Below are positions 8,176-16,625 of a stretch of DNA of 21,743 nt, in pieces. A program made the translations under genes and the position numbers. The DNA is from Candidatus Thorarchaeota archaeon (GTDB lineage Archaea > Asgardarchaeota > Thorarchaeia > Thorarchaeales > Thorarchaeaceae). Within the stretch, counting starts at the first letter, position 1; each line of letters begins with the position of its first letter. A model generated the notes under the pieces. It was not told the origin of the DNA. It made no database searches and saw nothing but the letters and a program-made list of their open reading frames with translations. The stretch spans positions 1 to 21,743 of the forward strand of contig JAEORO010000106.1 of NCBI GenBank assembly GCA_016840855.1, given 5' to 3'.

Positions 8176-8553
8176 GTGTTTGAATTGAGCGATGGCGTAC
8201 CAACGCTAGATGAGCTCATCTCACTCATCCGAAACTTTGTACGAGAGAGAGACTGGGAGCAATACAATAAACTCTCTGCTCTTGCTGTTTCAGCTTCAAT
8301 TGAAATGGGCGAGCTTCTTGAGCTATTTCAATGGAAATCTGATGAGGATGTCCTCGAATCTCTAAGGACAAAGGAGTTTCAAGAAGCTTTAGCTGGTGAA
8401 GTTGCAGATGTAATGGTCTATTTGCTACGGATCTGTGACAAAGCAGGTATTGACCCAACGATGGCAATAGTGGAAAAAATGAAAAAGAACTCAATCAAAT
8501 ACCCTGCTAAGGAATGGGAAGGGAAAGCCCCAAGCAAACTCAACCACTCTTGA
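8176..8553 (+). CDS. MazG-like nucleotide pyrophosphohydrolase (dCTP pyrophosphatase 1-like)
   Basis: FVRERDWEQY, SIEMGELLELFQW, EVADVMVYLL, KMKKNSIKYP. In-frame GTG at 8176, directly after the upstream stop, preferred to 8152. Confidence 0.92.
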   Translation: MFELSDGVPTLDELISLIRNFVRERDWEQYNKLSALAVSASIEMGELLELFQWKSDEDVLESLRTKEFQEALAGEVADVMVYLLRICDKAGIDPTMAIVEKMKKNSIKYPAKEWEGKAPSKLNHS

Positions 8554-9337
8554 CAAGTCGGGTATAAAGTTCTGGTCGCCTGTCATCGATTATGTGATTG
8601 CGAACTGTGATCATCTTATTATCTGCGTCTTGTGGTTGAATATCAACAAAAGCAATTCCAGTTCTACCCCTATCTAATGTCGCAAGTATCTTTCCGTTAG
8701 TATTTGTAATTTGAGAGTTCCCTGAGAATTCCACACCCCTTTCAGTACCGGTTCGATTTGCTGTGGCTGTAAACACCGAGTTTTCAACTGACCGTGTAAT
8801 CATCGCATCTTGGCAATACGGAAGAACAAGATTTGCTGGATGCAAGATTACTTGAGCTCCTTTGAGAGTCAGCACTCTAGCTATTTCCGGGAACGCCCAA
8901 TCAAAACATACCATCACGCCAAACCTTGCTCCTTTGAACTCAACAACTGGAGGTTCTTCAGTGCCTGGTTTGAACCAGTCTTTCTCATTTAGGAAAAGGT
9001 GAATCTTTCTATACGTGGCTATGTGCTCTCCTTGCGAAAAGACAGCAGCTGAGTTATAGAGTCTTTGAGGTGTAGATTCACAAATTCCAGCAACAACAAG
9101 ACGTTCATGGTTTGACCATGAGATTAGTAGATCTGAGAACCTACCCAAAGGAATCTCTTCAGCTGCAGACCTCGCTTCCTCCAGACTCTCAAAGACATAA
9201 CCTGAATTGCATAGCTCAGGTAGAACTAAAACGTCCACTCGATTGTCTTCAGCTTGGTGGAGAAGTTCCTTCAATCTTGAGAGATTCTCATCTAAATCAA
9301 GGAGCATTGGCTCCATCTGAGCAATAGCTAATCTCAT
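8540..9337 (-). CDS. Nitrilase-family carbon-nitrogen hydrolase
   Basis: Glu-Lys-Cys triad motifs LPELC, YRKIHLF, VCFDWAFPE; C-terminal DRRPELY. Confidence 0.93.
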   Translation of the reverse strand: MRLAIAQMEPMLLDLDENLSRLKELLHQAEDNRVDVLVLPELCNSGYVFESLEEARSAAEEIPLGRFSDLLISWSNHERLVVAGICESTPQRLYNSAAVFSQGEHIATYRKIHLFLNEKDWFKPGTEEPPVVEFKGARFGVMVCFDWAFPEIARVLTLKGAQVILHPANLVLPYCQDAMITRSVENSVFTATANRTGTERGVEFSGNSQITNTNGKILATLDRGRTGIAFVDIQPQDADNKMITVRNHIIDDRRPELYTRLVKSG

Positions 9338-9421
9338 TTCAAGGTCGCCAAATTCCTATAGAAAATGGTGTGCTTTGTTTTCTTCGGTTATATTCGAAAA
9401 CAGGAATGAGTTGGTTGTTAA

Positions 9422-10282
9422 TTAGAAGAGACCATTTTTCATTGCAGTTTGGCAGTCACAACTAGCGTCTTTAGGAATGTTTGATATCATCTTAAACGTC
9501 AGCTTCCTAACCCTCTCAACATTTTCAGACATAGTCTTGAGTACCATCGCGTGTGTCACGTGTTCTTCTCCATGGACATCGTAATCAGTCGGCATCGATA
9601 TATTTACGAAACATATACCAGCTTCGCGAGCTAGTGCAGCTTCGGGGTAGGCTGTCATTCCGATAACATCCCAACCTTGATTATGATAGAACATTGATTC
9701 AGCTGCTGTTGAGAATCTAGGCCCATTAATGCACACATAAGTCCCGTTTCCATGAACTTTGTATCCAATCTCTTCGGCTGTATCAACTGCCACTTTTCTT
9801 AACTCTGGACAGAATGGTTCACCAAATGGCAAGTGTGCAATTGTTCCTGTTTCGAAAAATGTGTCTTTTCGAACTCCAAAGGTTCTATCAAAGAGTTGGT
9901 CAGCTATTACAAATTCACCCAGCTTGATTTTCTTTGGTTGAAGACTTCCACAAGCCGCTGGACTGATAATTCGTTTTACGCCTAGAGCTTTCATTCCCCA
10001 AATGTTTGCCCTATAGTTTATCATGTGTGGAGCAATCGTGTGGCCTCTTGCATGTCGCGCTAGAAAAGCAAATGATCTACCTTTAACAGTTCCCAGAATG
10101 AAGTTATCAGATGGTGCACCATATGGTGTGAACACCTTGACCTCTATTGGATTCTCAATAACATCTGAATCATAATTTCCGGAACCACCAAACATACCAA
10201 TTTCGATTGGTAGAATTTTATTGAGTTCCTCTGACTTGCTTCTATCTATCGGTACTACGGAAAGTTTTGCTTCGAACGCCAT
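9422..10282 (-). CDS. mtnP: S-methyl-5'-thioadenosine phosphorylase
   Basis: GMFGGSG, TPYGAPSD, LARHARGH, NYRANIW, GPRFSTAAES, IGMT..PEA.LAREAG, TDYD (6-aminopurine-type), C-terminal CXC. Confidence 0.93.
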   Translation of the reverse strand: MAFEAKLSVVPIDRSKSEELNKILPIEIGMFGGSGNYDSDVIENPIEVKVFTPYGAPSDNFILGTVKGRSFAFLARHARGHTIAPHMINYRANIWGMKALGVKRIISPAACGSLQPKKIKLGEFVIADQLFDRTFGVRKDTFFETGTIAHLPFGEPFCPELRKVAVDTAEEIGYKVHGNGTYVCINGPRFSTAAESMFYHNQGWDVIGMTAYPEAALAREAGICFVNISMPTDYDVHGEEHVTHAMVLKTMSENVERVRKLTFKMISNIPKDASCDCQTAMKNGLF

Positions 10283-10294
10283 TTGGTATCCACC

Positions 10295-10960
10295 TTATTT
10301 TTTCATTCTCCAGGCTTTATCGAGGGGATATTCGATCTTGCCTAGGAATCCCATATGTGCTTTAATCTTTGAAAGTTGGTCATCTGAGAGCACGATATTG
10401 TTGTACTCACGAAGATGCTTCTTCAATTCCAGAGTGGTCATTTCTTCAACATTCTCGTTATCGAAGATTTTAGTGATGAGTGCAGTCAAATCTTCATAGA
10501 AGTTCCATGGCCAAATCTCCCACGCCCATGCAACCTCTACACCAAAATAGTCTGGCACAAATTTGGATCCAGCGATATGCATTAGAGTTGCGCTTCTTAC
10601 ATCAGAAGGTCCACAGTCTCTGACATGATTGACAGCCATAGTCAGGCTTTCACCTGTATCTGTGATATCATCAATAACAAGCACACGTTTTCCGACAACA
10701 TCTCCAGTGAGTGGACAAGTAAGCTTGGCTTTACCATCCTTTGTTGCTGTAACCCCCCAGTGGTCAATCTTCACAGAGTACAAATCCTTCACACCAAGAA
10801 GATCGCATTGAATTCTAGCGTGAACCCATCCGCCTCGTGCTATTCCAACGATAGCGTCTGGCCTCCATCCAGATTCCTTCACTCTTGCTGCAGTTTGATA
10901 TGCATAGTTGTATATGTCATCAAAATCAAGGACATAACAAAGTGCACCTTTTAATTCCAT
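10295..10960 (-). CDS. Type I purine phosphoribosyltransferase, archaeal type
   Basis: PDAIVGIARGG, PRPP loop VLVIDDITDTGESL, WEIWPW, helical C-terminal extension; 12 bp upstream of mtnP. Confidence 0.92.
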   Translation of the reverse strand: MELKGALCYVLDFDDIYNYAYQTAARVKESGWRPDAIVGIARGGWVHARIQCDLLGVKDLYSVKIDHWGVTATKDGKAKLTCPLTGDVVGKRVLVIDDITDTGESLTMAVNHVRDCGPSDVRSATLMHIAGSKFVPDYFGVEVAWAWEIWPWNFYEDLTALITKIFDNENVEEMTTLELKKHLREYNNIVLSDDQLSKIKAHMGFLGKIEYPLDKAWRMKK

Positions 10961-11073
10961 AATTCTTAACCACCGAGGTAACGACGACTTTCAGACTATG
11001 ATAAAAAGATGTTCATCCAATGTGACCAGTAACAGTAATAGGGGGCAAATCAATTCTTGCGCTTTGAACCATC

Positions 11074-11388
11074 ATGACAGATGAGAAGAAATGTGTTGGG
11101 AAAGAACCTCGCAAGGTACTCGCCCGAGTGATAAGTCAAAAAGGGTACTGCGCTATTGGTCACAAAGTGGGTGACATAATAGAATTTGACCACTTTGGTG
11201 TGAAAGGTGATATCTGTATTAATGCTCTCTTCACGATGTTACCCGTTGTTTATGCAATGATGCACAATGCCTATTTCCCATGGGCTGAAGACCAGTGCAA
11301 AGAGCTCCACGCATGTCCTGATCCTAAAAATCCTGTAGTCTTTGAATTAGATCGATCCCAACCCATGGACCGAAAAGCCTCTGGTTGA
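11074..11388 (+). CDS. TIGR04076-family Cys-containing protein
   Basis: KGYCAIGHKVGD...ICINAL...FPW...CPDPKNPVVFEL pattern. Confidence 0.82.
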   Translation: MTDEKKCVGKEPRKVLARVISQKGYCAIGHKVGDIIEFDHFGVKGDICINALFTMLPVVYAMMHNAYFPWAEDQCKELHACPDPKNPVVFELDRSQPMDRKASG

Positions 11389-11390
11389 AT

Positions 11391-12242
11391 TCAGCGTACT
11401 TCAACTGTGAGGGAGTCGTACTTTCCTGGTTGGTAACATACTCTTACTACGAAGTCATCATTTACAGACACATCAATCGGTTTCGACAAAGGAATGAATA
11501 GCTGTTTCCATCCGTCCTCTATTTTGAGGAATATATCTTCGTGCAATTTGGATTCGAACACACCAACCAGTCCATGAATTAAGCCTTTGTCAACCATTGT
11601 AAATTCTACAGTCCTGTCAACTGTTGTATCTCCTTTCAAACTCATCAAATCAAAGGTTTCCAAAACCTGCATATCAGCTAGGTCTCTAACTGAATCTGAA
11701 GCAACAGTTTGAACAACTTTTGGAAATTCAAGACCATCAAATTGGAATCTGTTCCAAATTAAAGGACATTCAACTGGTACAGCATATACTGTGATTTCTT
11801 GAGGTAGAATCAACCCGCCAGCTTTCAATATCGACTCAACAGCATAGTGGCTCGCTGGTATTTGCTGTTCAATAAGCATCATTGATGACAGCATCTCACA
11901 AATTACAATGTCTGCTCTTTCATCCGGAACAAAATCTGAAAAATTCCCTTCAAAGAACTCAATTGCCTGTTCTACTCCATTCACTTTTGCTGCCTCTTTG
12001 GCATATTGTAAGGACTCTGGGTTTACGTCTATCGCAGTTACACGACCAGCTCCTGCTTTTGCAGCAAATATCGCTAGAACTCCAGATCCAGTTCCAATAT
12101 CTACAACATAATCTCCCTCATTCACGACTCTTTGAATAGCTAGTTTGAACTTCTTTAAACGTGTCTTCTGTCCAAGGAGACTTGCCACATGAAGCATCGT
12201 GAATGGGGTTGCATACTCTCTTCCAGTCATTATTTTTGCCAT
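11391..12242 (-). CDS. Class I SAM methyltransferase with PRMT-like architecture
   Basis: VVDIGTGSGVLAIFAAKAGAGRVTAID, ADIVICEMLSSMMLIEQ (double-Glu loop), LKAGGLILP, C-terminal beta-rich domain with HGLVGVF and WKQLFIPL. Confidence 0.85.
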   Translation of the reverse strand: MAKIMTGREYATPFTMLHVASLLGQKTRLKKFKLAIQRVVNEGDYVVDIGTGSGVLAIFAAKAGAGRVTAIDVNPESLQYAKEAAKVNGVEQAIEFFEGNFSDFVPDERADIVICEMLSSMMLIEQQIPASHYAVESILKAGGLILPQEITVYAVPVECPLIWNRFQFDGLEFPKVVQTVASDSVRDLADMQVLETFDLMSLKGDTTVDRTVEFTMVDKGLIHGLVGVFESKLHEDIFLKIEDGWKQLFIPLSKPIDVSVNDDFVVRVCYQPGKYDSLTVEVR

Positions 12243-12343
12243 ATCGCATCTTACTTATAATACAGATGTGCGCTAACAACCGTCGAGTAATATAGCCGAA
12301 TCTTCGCTGACGACCGACACAGAACAAGAAGGTTAGAATCAGC

Positions 12344-13504
12344 TTGTCCAAAGACACCATCAAATCTGCAATGAAGGCTCTTGAGGAAGGACGCCCTCAC
12401 GATGCAATAGATGCTCTTGAGCCAGTAGTTGAGGACGATGATGAGAACGTTGATGCTCTTGTTTGTCTTGGAATGGCATATGTCCAAGCTGAAATGCCAA
12501 AGGAAGCTGTTAAGGTCCTTGAACAAGCTGAAGAACTTATAGAGGCACATTGTGTTGTTGAATTATTCTTAGGCAGAGCTCTTTGGGCACTTGGTAAGAT
12601 TGATCATGCTGAAGACAGGATTCGAGAAGCTCATAGACTAGACTCTTCAGAACCAGAAGTCTGGTTGGATTTAGGAAGAATTCTATATAGAAAAAATGAG
12701 TACAAAGAAGCACTTGAATATCTTAATCATGCTGTTGAACTATTCCCTGATGAAATAGAATTGAGAGGACTATATGCATTGACTCTCTATCGATTGGGTG
12801 ATTTTACTGCTGCGACAGAGGAATGGGCAGAAGTTCACCGACTCAGTCCATCACTTATGGCTGCAATATCAAACTATGCTTACCTCTTGCTCATTCAACA
12901 CCGTTATTTCGAGGCGGCACCTTTCGTGGGATATGCGAATATTGTTGACGCTGATGATTATAGAGCTCAGATACTCCTTGGTGAGCTTCGATTCCTCTCT
13001 GGTGAACATGATGGTGCAATAGAGTGTTTCAAACGTGTAGTTGAAGAAGACCCAGCGAATATTGAAGCACTCTCACGACTTGCTGTGCTTGCTCATATGG
13101 CACGTGATTCTAAGATGTGTGAACACTATCTTATGCGTGCTGAAGCTGAGCTGGGGAAAAACCCTGAATCTTGGAGAGGTCTCTGTGGAGTTTACCCCCT
13201 GCTTGGAATGAGTGATAAATATATTGAATGTTTAATACGATGGACTAAAGCAGACCCTGGCGCGGCCTCTCCATGGGTCGCTTTAGCAAATGAGTATGAT
13301 AAACATGGAAAATTAGAATATGCACGAAATGCATGGAGGGTGGTTTTCGAGTTGCGTGGATATGTGAAGATTCGTTGCAATACATGTGAAACTGAGTCTA
13401 GATTTCCATATGACGAAGTCAATGGATTTGATATCTATCAAAGTATTATTTGCAAATCGTGCGGCGCAAAAATTAACATGCCTACTGGTCTTGCAGTAAC
13501 ATGA
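12344..13504 (+). CDS. TPR protein with C-terminal zinc-ribbon/rubredoxin-like CX2C-X21-CX2C
   Basis: Many TPR units (ALVCLGMAYVQ, VWLDLGRILYRKNEYKEALEYL, AIECFKRVVEEDPANIEAL); CNTC...CKSC at the end; TTG start. Confidence 0.9.
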   Translation: MSKDTIKSAMKALEEGRPHDAIDALEPVVEDDDENVDALVCLGMAYVQAEMPKEAVKVLEQAEELIEAHCVVELFLGRALWALGKIDHAEDRIREAHRLDSSEPEVWLDLGRILYRKNEYKEALEYLNHAVELFPDEIELRGLYALTLYRLGDFTAATEEWAEVHRLSPSLMAAISNYAYLLLIQHRYFEAAPFVGYANIVDADDYRAQILLGELRFLSGEHDGAIECFKRVVEEDPANIEALSRLAVLAHMARDSKMCEHYLMRAEAELGKNPESWRGLCGVYPLLGMSDKYIECLIRWTKADPGAASPWVALANEYDKHGKLEYARNAWRVVFELRGYVKIRCNTCETESRFPYDEVNGFDIYQSIICKSCGAKINMPTGLAVT

Positions 13505-13516
13505 TGGGATGTCGTA

Positions 13517-13966
13517 ATGAATGAAAGAAGATATCCTTCTCTCCCCATTCCTGGAGTAGGAGCTATCGTAGTAGGCCCAGAAGGCGTTCTTCTTGCTCGA
13601 CGCGATAAAGACCCTCGCAAGGGACTTTGGAGTATCCCAGGGGGTGGTGTCGAGCTTGGCGAAACACAAGAAGCATCTGTTATTCGCGAAGTTGAAGAGG
13701 AAACTGGAGTAAAATGTAAAATAGTGGAATTTGTGAGTACAGCTGATTTAATCACTCTGGACTCGCTTGGAAAAGTTGAGTTTCACTTTCTTCTGAATCA
13801 TTATCTTGCACGTGCTATAACATATGAAACTAGACCCGAAACAGATGATGGAGAAGTTGGCTGGTTTCACCCAGATAAACTCCCTGATGATATAGCCAAC
13901 CAAAGAATTGTTGATCTTATCCTTTCAGTGCGCGACAAAATCTTTCGAATAATGCAAGAGCAATAA
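13517..13966 (+). CDS. Nudix hydrolase (ADP-ribose pyrophosphatase-like)
   Basis: Nudix box GGGVELGETQEASVIREVEEETG; RYP..P..GVGA start; GLWSIPGG. Confidence 0.95.
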   Translation: MNERRYPSLPIPGVGAIVVGPEGVLLARRDKDPRKGLWSIPGGGVELGETQEASVIREVEEETGVKCKIVEFVSTADLITLDSLGKVEFHFLLNHYLARAITYETRPETDDGEVGWFHPDKLPDDIANQRIVDLILSVRDKIFRIMQEQ

Positions 13967-14015
13967 GACATACGTAATATCAAGCGATATATTGACATTC
14001 TATACAGCCACGAAA

Positions 14016-14022
14016 TATAAAA
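14016..14022 (+). promoter_or_regulatory. Putative TATA box for the membrane protein gene at 14081
   Basis: CGAAA-TATAAAA about 60 nt upstream of ATG. Confidence 0.4.
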
Positions 14023-14080
14023 GCCATTGATTATTCATGAAATAATGAGTCTTTTCAGACCTAAGGACGTGTAATATACA

Positions 14081-14545
14081 ATGTTCAGAACTATCCTTGC
14101 ACTTCTTATTGCACTAGTTGTTGCAATACTTATCGGTGCATTCCAAATTCTTGGTTTAACTTGGGACGTGATTCAAGACCAAATTATTAATTCGCCTGAC
14201 ATCCAGGATGCTCTACTCACACGAGGGGCTGTCCTTTTCGGAGTTTTACTAGTACCGTACTCATCTGCGATGGGAGGTATCTATTCACCCTTGGTTGCCC
14301 TAGGTGTTGCTGGCTTCATTGCTGGACTAGTATCCAAGAGTGGAGTCAGAATGCTCTTCGTTTCCATCATTGCGATGGTTCTGTTCTTCGTTGGCTACTT
14401 TGTTTTGAATAGCCTAGGAGGTATCACAGACTTTTCCGCAATGTTTGCAATCGCAAGGACTATGGCCATAGATATTGGTGTAGCTTTTGCTCTACTCTTT
14501 ATACCTGGTATTATTGGCGCCTCTTTGACATCCGAGGATTATTAG
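14081..14545 (+). CDS. Hypothetical multi-pass membrane protein (4-5 TM, Gly-rich helices)
   Basis: Hydrophobic helices with GxxxG-like motifs (GVAGFIAGLV, PGIIGASL). Confidence 0.85.
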   Translation: MFRTILALLIALVVAILIGAFQILGLTWDVIQDQIINSPDIQDALLTRGAVLFGVLLVPYSSAMGGIYSPLVALGVAGFIAGLVSKSGVRMLFVSIIAMVLFFVGYFVLNSLGGITDFSAMFAIARTMAIDIGVAFALLFIPGIIGASLTSEDY

Positions 14546-14562
14546 TTATCACCAGCGAATAA

Positions 14563-14594
14563 GGGGGCTTGAAGCCCCCAATAGTCTTTTTTTT
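14563..14594 (+). terminator. GC hairpin plus T8 tract
   Basis: GGGGGC-TTGAA-GCCCCC (14563-14579), then eight T at 14587-14594; between convergent genes. Confidence 0.72.
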
Positions 14595-14599
14595 AATTC

Positions 14600-16114
14600 T
14601 CATTTTTCAAGTTGCTGTGATAGTATCTCAGAAGCTAGAGCTAAGAACTCACTCAAATGTGACTTTTGTATAAATGCCCCCGCAGCCATAGGATGTCCTC
14701 CTGCTTCTGCAATTAGAGTTCCATTTTGCTGATTGAGAGTATTCGCAACCTCAACAAACGCTTCTTTGAGATTTACACCTATTTCGACGAGTTGTTTGTG
14801 AGCTCTTCCAGATAATTTAGCTAGTGGACTATCCTCTGTTGTGTTCGTGCTAACTCCCACAACTGGTTTATCGATAGGGATTATCATTGATCCTTGCGCC
14901 ATCCCAATAACAATCCCAATTATTGTGTCTGGAGTCTGTGGGTCATCAACCACGTACATACCTTGCATTTCTTTGAATCCATCATCCTCAAGTCTACGGA
15001 GAGCACTTGCCAGGTTTGCTCTATGTTGCTGAAGAAGTGTAGTTCCCTCTGTAAAAGCTTCGGGGTTTCTCATACAAACTCTCACACCAACCTCTGGGCG
15101 CCTATTTCTCCCGCAAGCATTGAGAAGTGTTGAAAATTCCATTGCACTACGCATCTCTGTTTTTGGTGGTCTTTGAGTGAGTACAATTGTGTCACCGATT
15201 ATCCCTTGAGCAACACTTGGATTTTCATAATGCTCCAATAAAACTTGAATAATTCCTTGGACCGCTCGCTGCTTCTCAGCAGGTTCCAAATCCACCCATG
15301 TCCTCCACTCATCCCCTGATTTTATCTGGATATTGCGGTCCTGAAAGAATGTATAGCACGCTTCCTCAGCTCCAGTAAGACCAGGAAGATAGGGATCCGT
15401 CGCGTATTGGAGGAGATAGGGTAAAGGTCTTGTATGAATTCCAAAGAATGTCAGGTCACGAACAACCTCTAAATAGCCAGTTGCTTCCCCAAGCTGTAAA
15501 ATCTCTTTGTTTATGCCTGTGAAGCCTCTTCCATAGTAGTCTTGGAGGTCACCAGTAGCACCAACAATAGCAAGTTCCGAAAGATCAACATTACTTGATG
15601 AAACAGAAAGAGCAAGTAGAAACGCGGTCCCAGCTCCAGAGAGATCATAGCTTCCACTCAACCCATGATGCCAAGGATTGACTTCTATTATGTTGGAAGG
15701 TTCGAATTGGTTGATTGTATTTGTATTATTATTTGAAGGTAGATGATGATCTAGGATTATAATAGATTCCACACTCTCAATATCAGATACGTGTGTTTTC
15801 AAGAGTTCTATTTGTCCAGTTCCAAAATCTGAAAAAATGACCAAGTCTGGTTTGTATTTAATGATCTCTTCTTTAATCTGAATGATGGATTCGGAGTTAA
15901 TCTGGTGTATATTCTTCCACTCAAATTCTTTCTCTTCTCTCTCTAGCATGATTGAAATGATAGCAAGTGCTGAAATACCATCTGCATCAATATGAGAGAA
16001 AGCAATAATTTTGTTAGCCTTGCGTGTCTCCTCAGCCGCCATAAGAAGTAAATCTCTCATGGATTTAGGTATAGTTTCATAGAGGCTCTCCATTTTTCCC
16101 AAGAGAGCATTCAC
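14600..16114 (-). CDS. DHH/DHHA1 RecJ-Cdc45 family protein (GINS-associated nuclease, GAN-like)
   Basis: SHIDADGISA, FSDFG, ILDHH, GATGDLQ, insertion with DPYLPGLTG, EFSTLLNACGR, KLSGR, GGHPMAAGA. Start may be ATG at 16093. Confidence 0.9.
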   Translation of the reverse strand: MNALLGKMESLYETIPKSMRDLLLMAAEETRKANKIIAFSHIDADGISALAIISIMLEREEKEFEWKNIHQINSESIIQIKEEIIKYKPDLVIFSDFGTGQIELLKTHVSDIESVESIIILDHHLPSNNNTNTINQFEPSNIIEVNPWHHGLSGSYDLSGAGTAFLLALSVSSSNVDLSELAIVGATGDLQDYYGRGFTGINKEILQLGEATGYLEVVRDLTFFGIHTRPLPYLLQYATDPYLPGLTGAEEACYTFFQDRNIQIKSGDEWRTWVDLEPAEKQRAVQGIIQVLLEHYENPSVAQGIIGDTIVLTQRPPKTEMRSAMEFSTLLNACGRNRRPEVGVRVCMRNPEAFTEGTTLLQQHRANLASALRRLEDDGFKEMQGMYVVDDPQTPDTIIGIVIGMAQGSMIIPIDKPVVGVSTNTTEDSPLAKLSGRAHKQLVEIGVNLKEAFVEVANTLNQQNGTLIAEAGGHPMAAGAFIQKSHLSEFLALASEILSQQLEK

Positions 16115-16138
16115 ATGTGGGTAATATAAGTTGGATGC

Positions 16139-16159
16139 TCTATCACAACGAGTGATAGA
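16139..16159. repeat. Perfect 8-bp inverted repeat with 5-nt spacer (operator or hairpin)
   Basis: TCTATCAC-AACGA-GTGATAGA in the 53-bp gap upstream of the GAN-like gene. Confidence 0.6.
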
Positions 16160-16167
16160 AGGTTGGT

Positions 16168-16509
16168 TTATTCAGCTACTCTCATCGCTCTCGATAGCGC
16201 TAAAAATATCACTAAGAATACACTTGCCACAGCTGCAAGAGCCTTTGCGACTTTCTGCCAGAGCTTCAATGGAACTTCAGTTTCCCTTAATTCGTTCTTG
16301 ACTTTTCTTAGGTAGACTCGTGTATCAGTGTATAATGCATCCTGGTCATCAATCTTGGAAGAGAATTCATCCCAGCTTTGATAGAGTGGCGACTCTGGGT
16401 TTGATTTGAGCCATTCATACCACAGCTCAAGAATCTCTTCACGATGGGGTGAGGGAAATCCTCTGATTATGTCTTGGATTCGACTCTCCCATTCTTCAGA
16501 ATTCATCAT
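16168..16509 (-). CDS. Hypothetical tail-anchored membrane protein
   Basis: Soluble helical Trp-rich N-domain, no signal peptide, single C-terminal TM (ALAAVASVFLVIFLALS) and short tail; GAGGTG upstream of ATG. Confidence 0.85.
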   Translation of the reverse strand: MMNSEEWESRIQDIIRGFPSPHREEILELWYEWLKSNPESPLYQSWDEFSSKIDDQDALYTDTRVYLRKVKNELRETEVPLKLWQKVAKALAAVASVFLVIFLALSRAMRVAE

Positions 16510-16613
16510 AATTTGTGCACCTCATTAATTCCCGGCTGAGGACCACTATGTGATTTTTTTAGTTTATTATTAAGTTTTGACTTAACATCATTCTGGATGA
16601 CAAATGACGCGCG

Positions 16614-16625
16614 AAATGCGCATTT
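16614..16625. repeat. 12-bp perfect palindrome followed by a TTTTGATA direct repeat
   Basis: AAATGCGCATTT; TTTTGATA at 16623-16630 and 16633-16640. Confidence 0.45.

Noticed and set aside
13502-13519. TGA readthrough fusing the TPR-zinc-ribbon and Nudix genes (same frame, four sense codons apart)
   Set aside because: One-in-three chance of shared frame; both proteins look complete and no recoding signal is visible.
16139-16159. tetO operator or vector contamination
   Set aside because: Half-sites resemble tetO but the spacer is different and there is no tetR or vector sequence.
16168-16509. R-SNARE (synaptobrevin) call for the tail-anchored protein
   Set aside because: No continuous ~60-aa heptad motif before the TM; prolines interrupt the helices.
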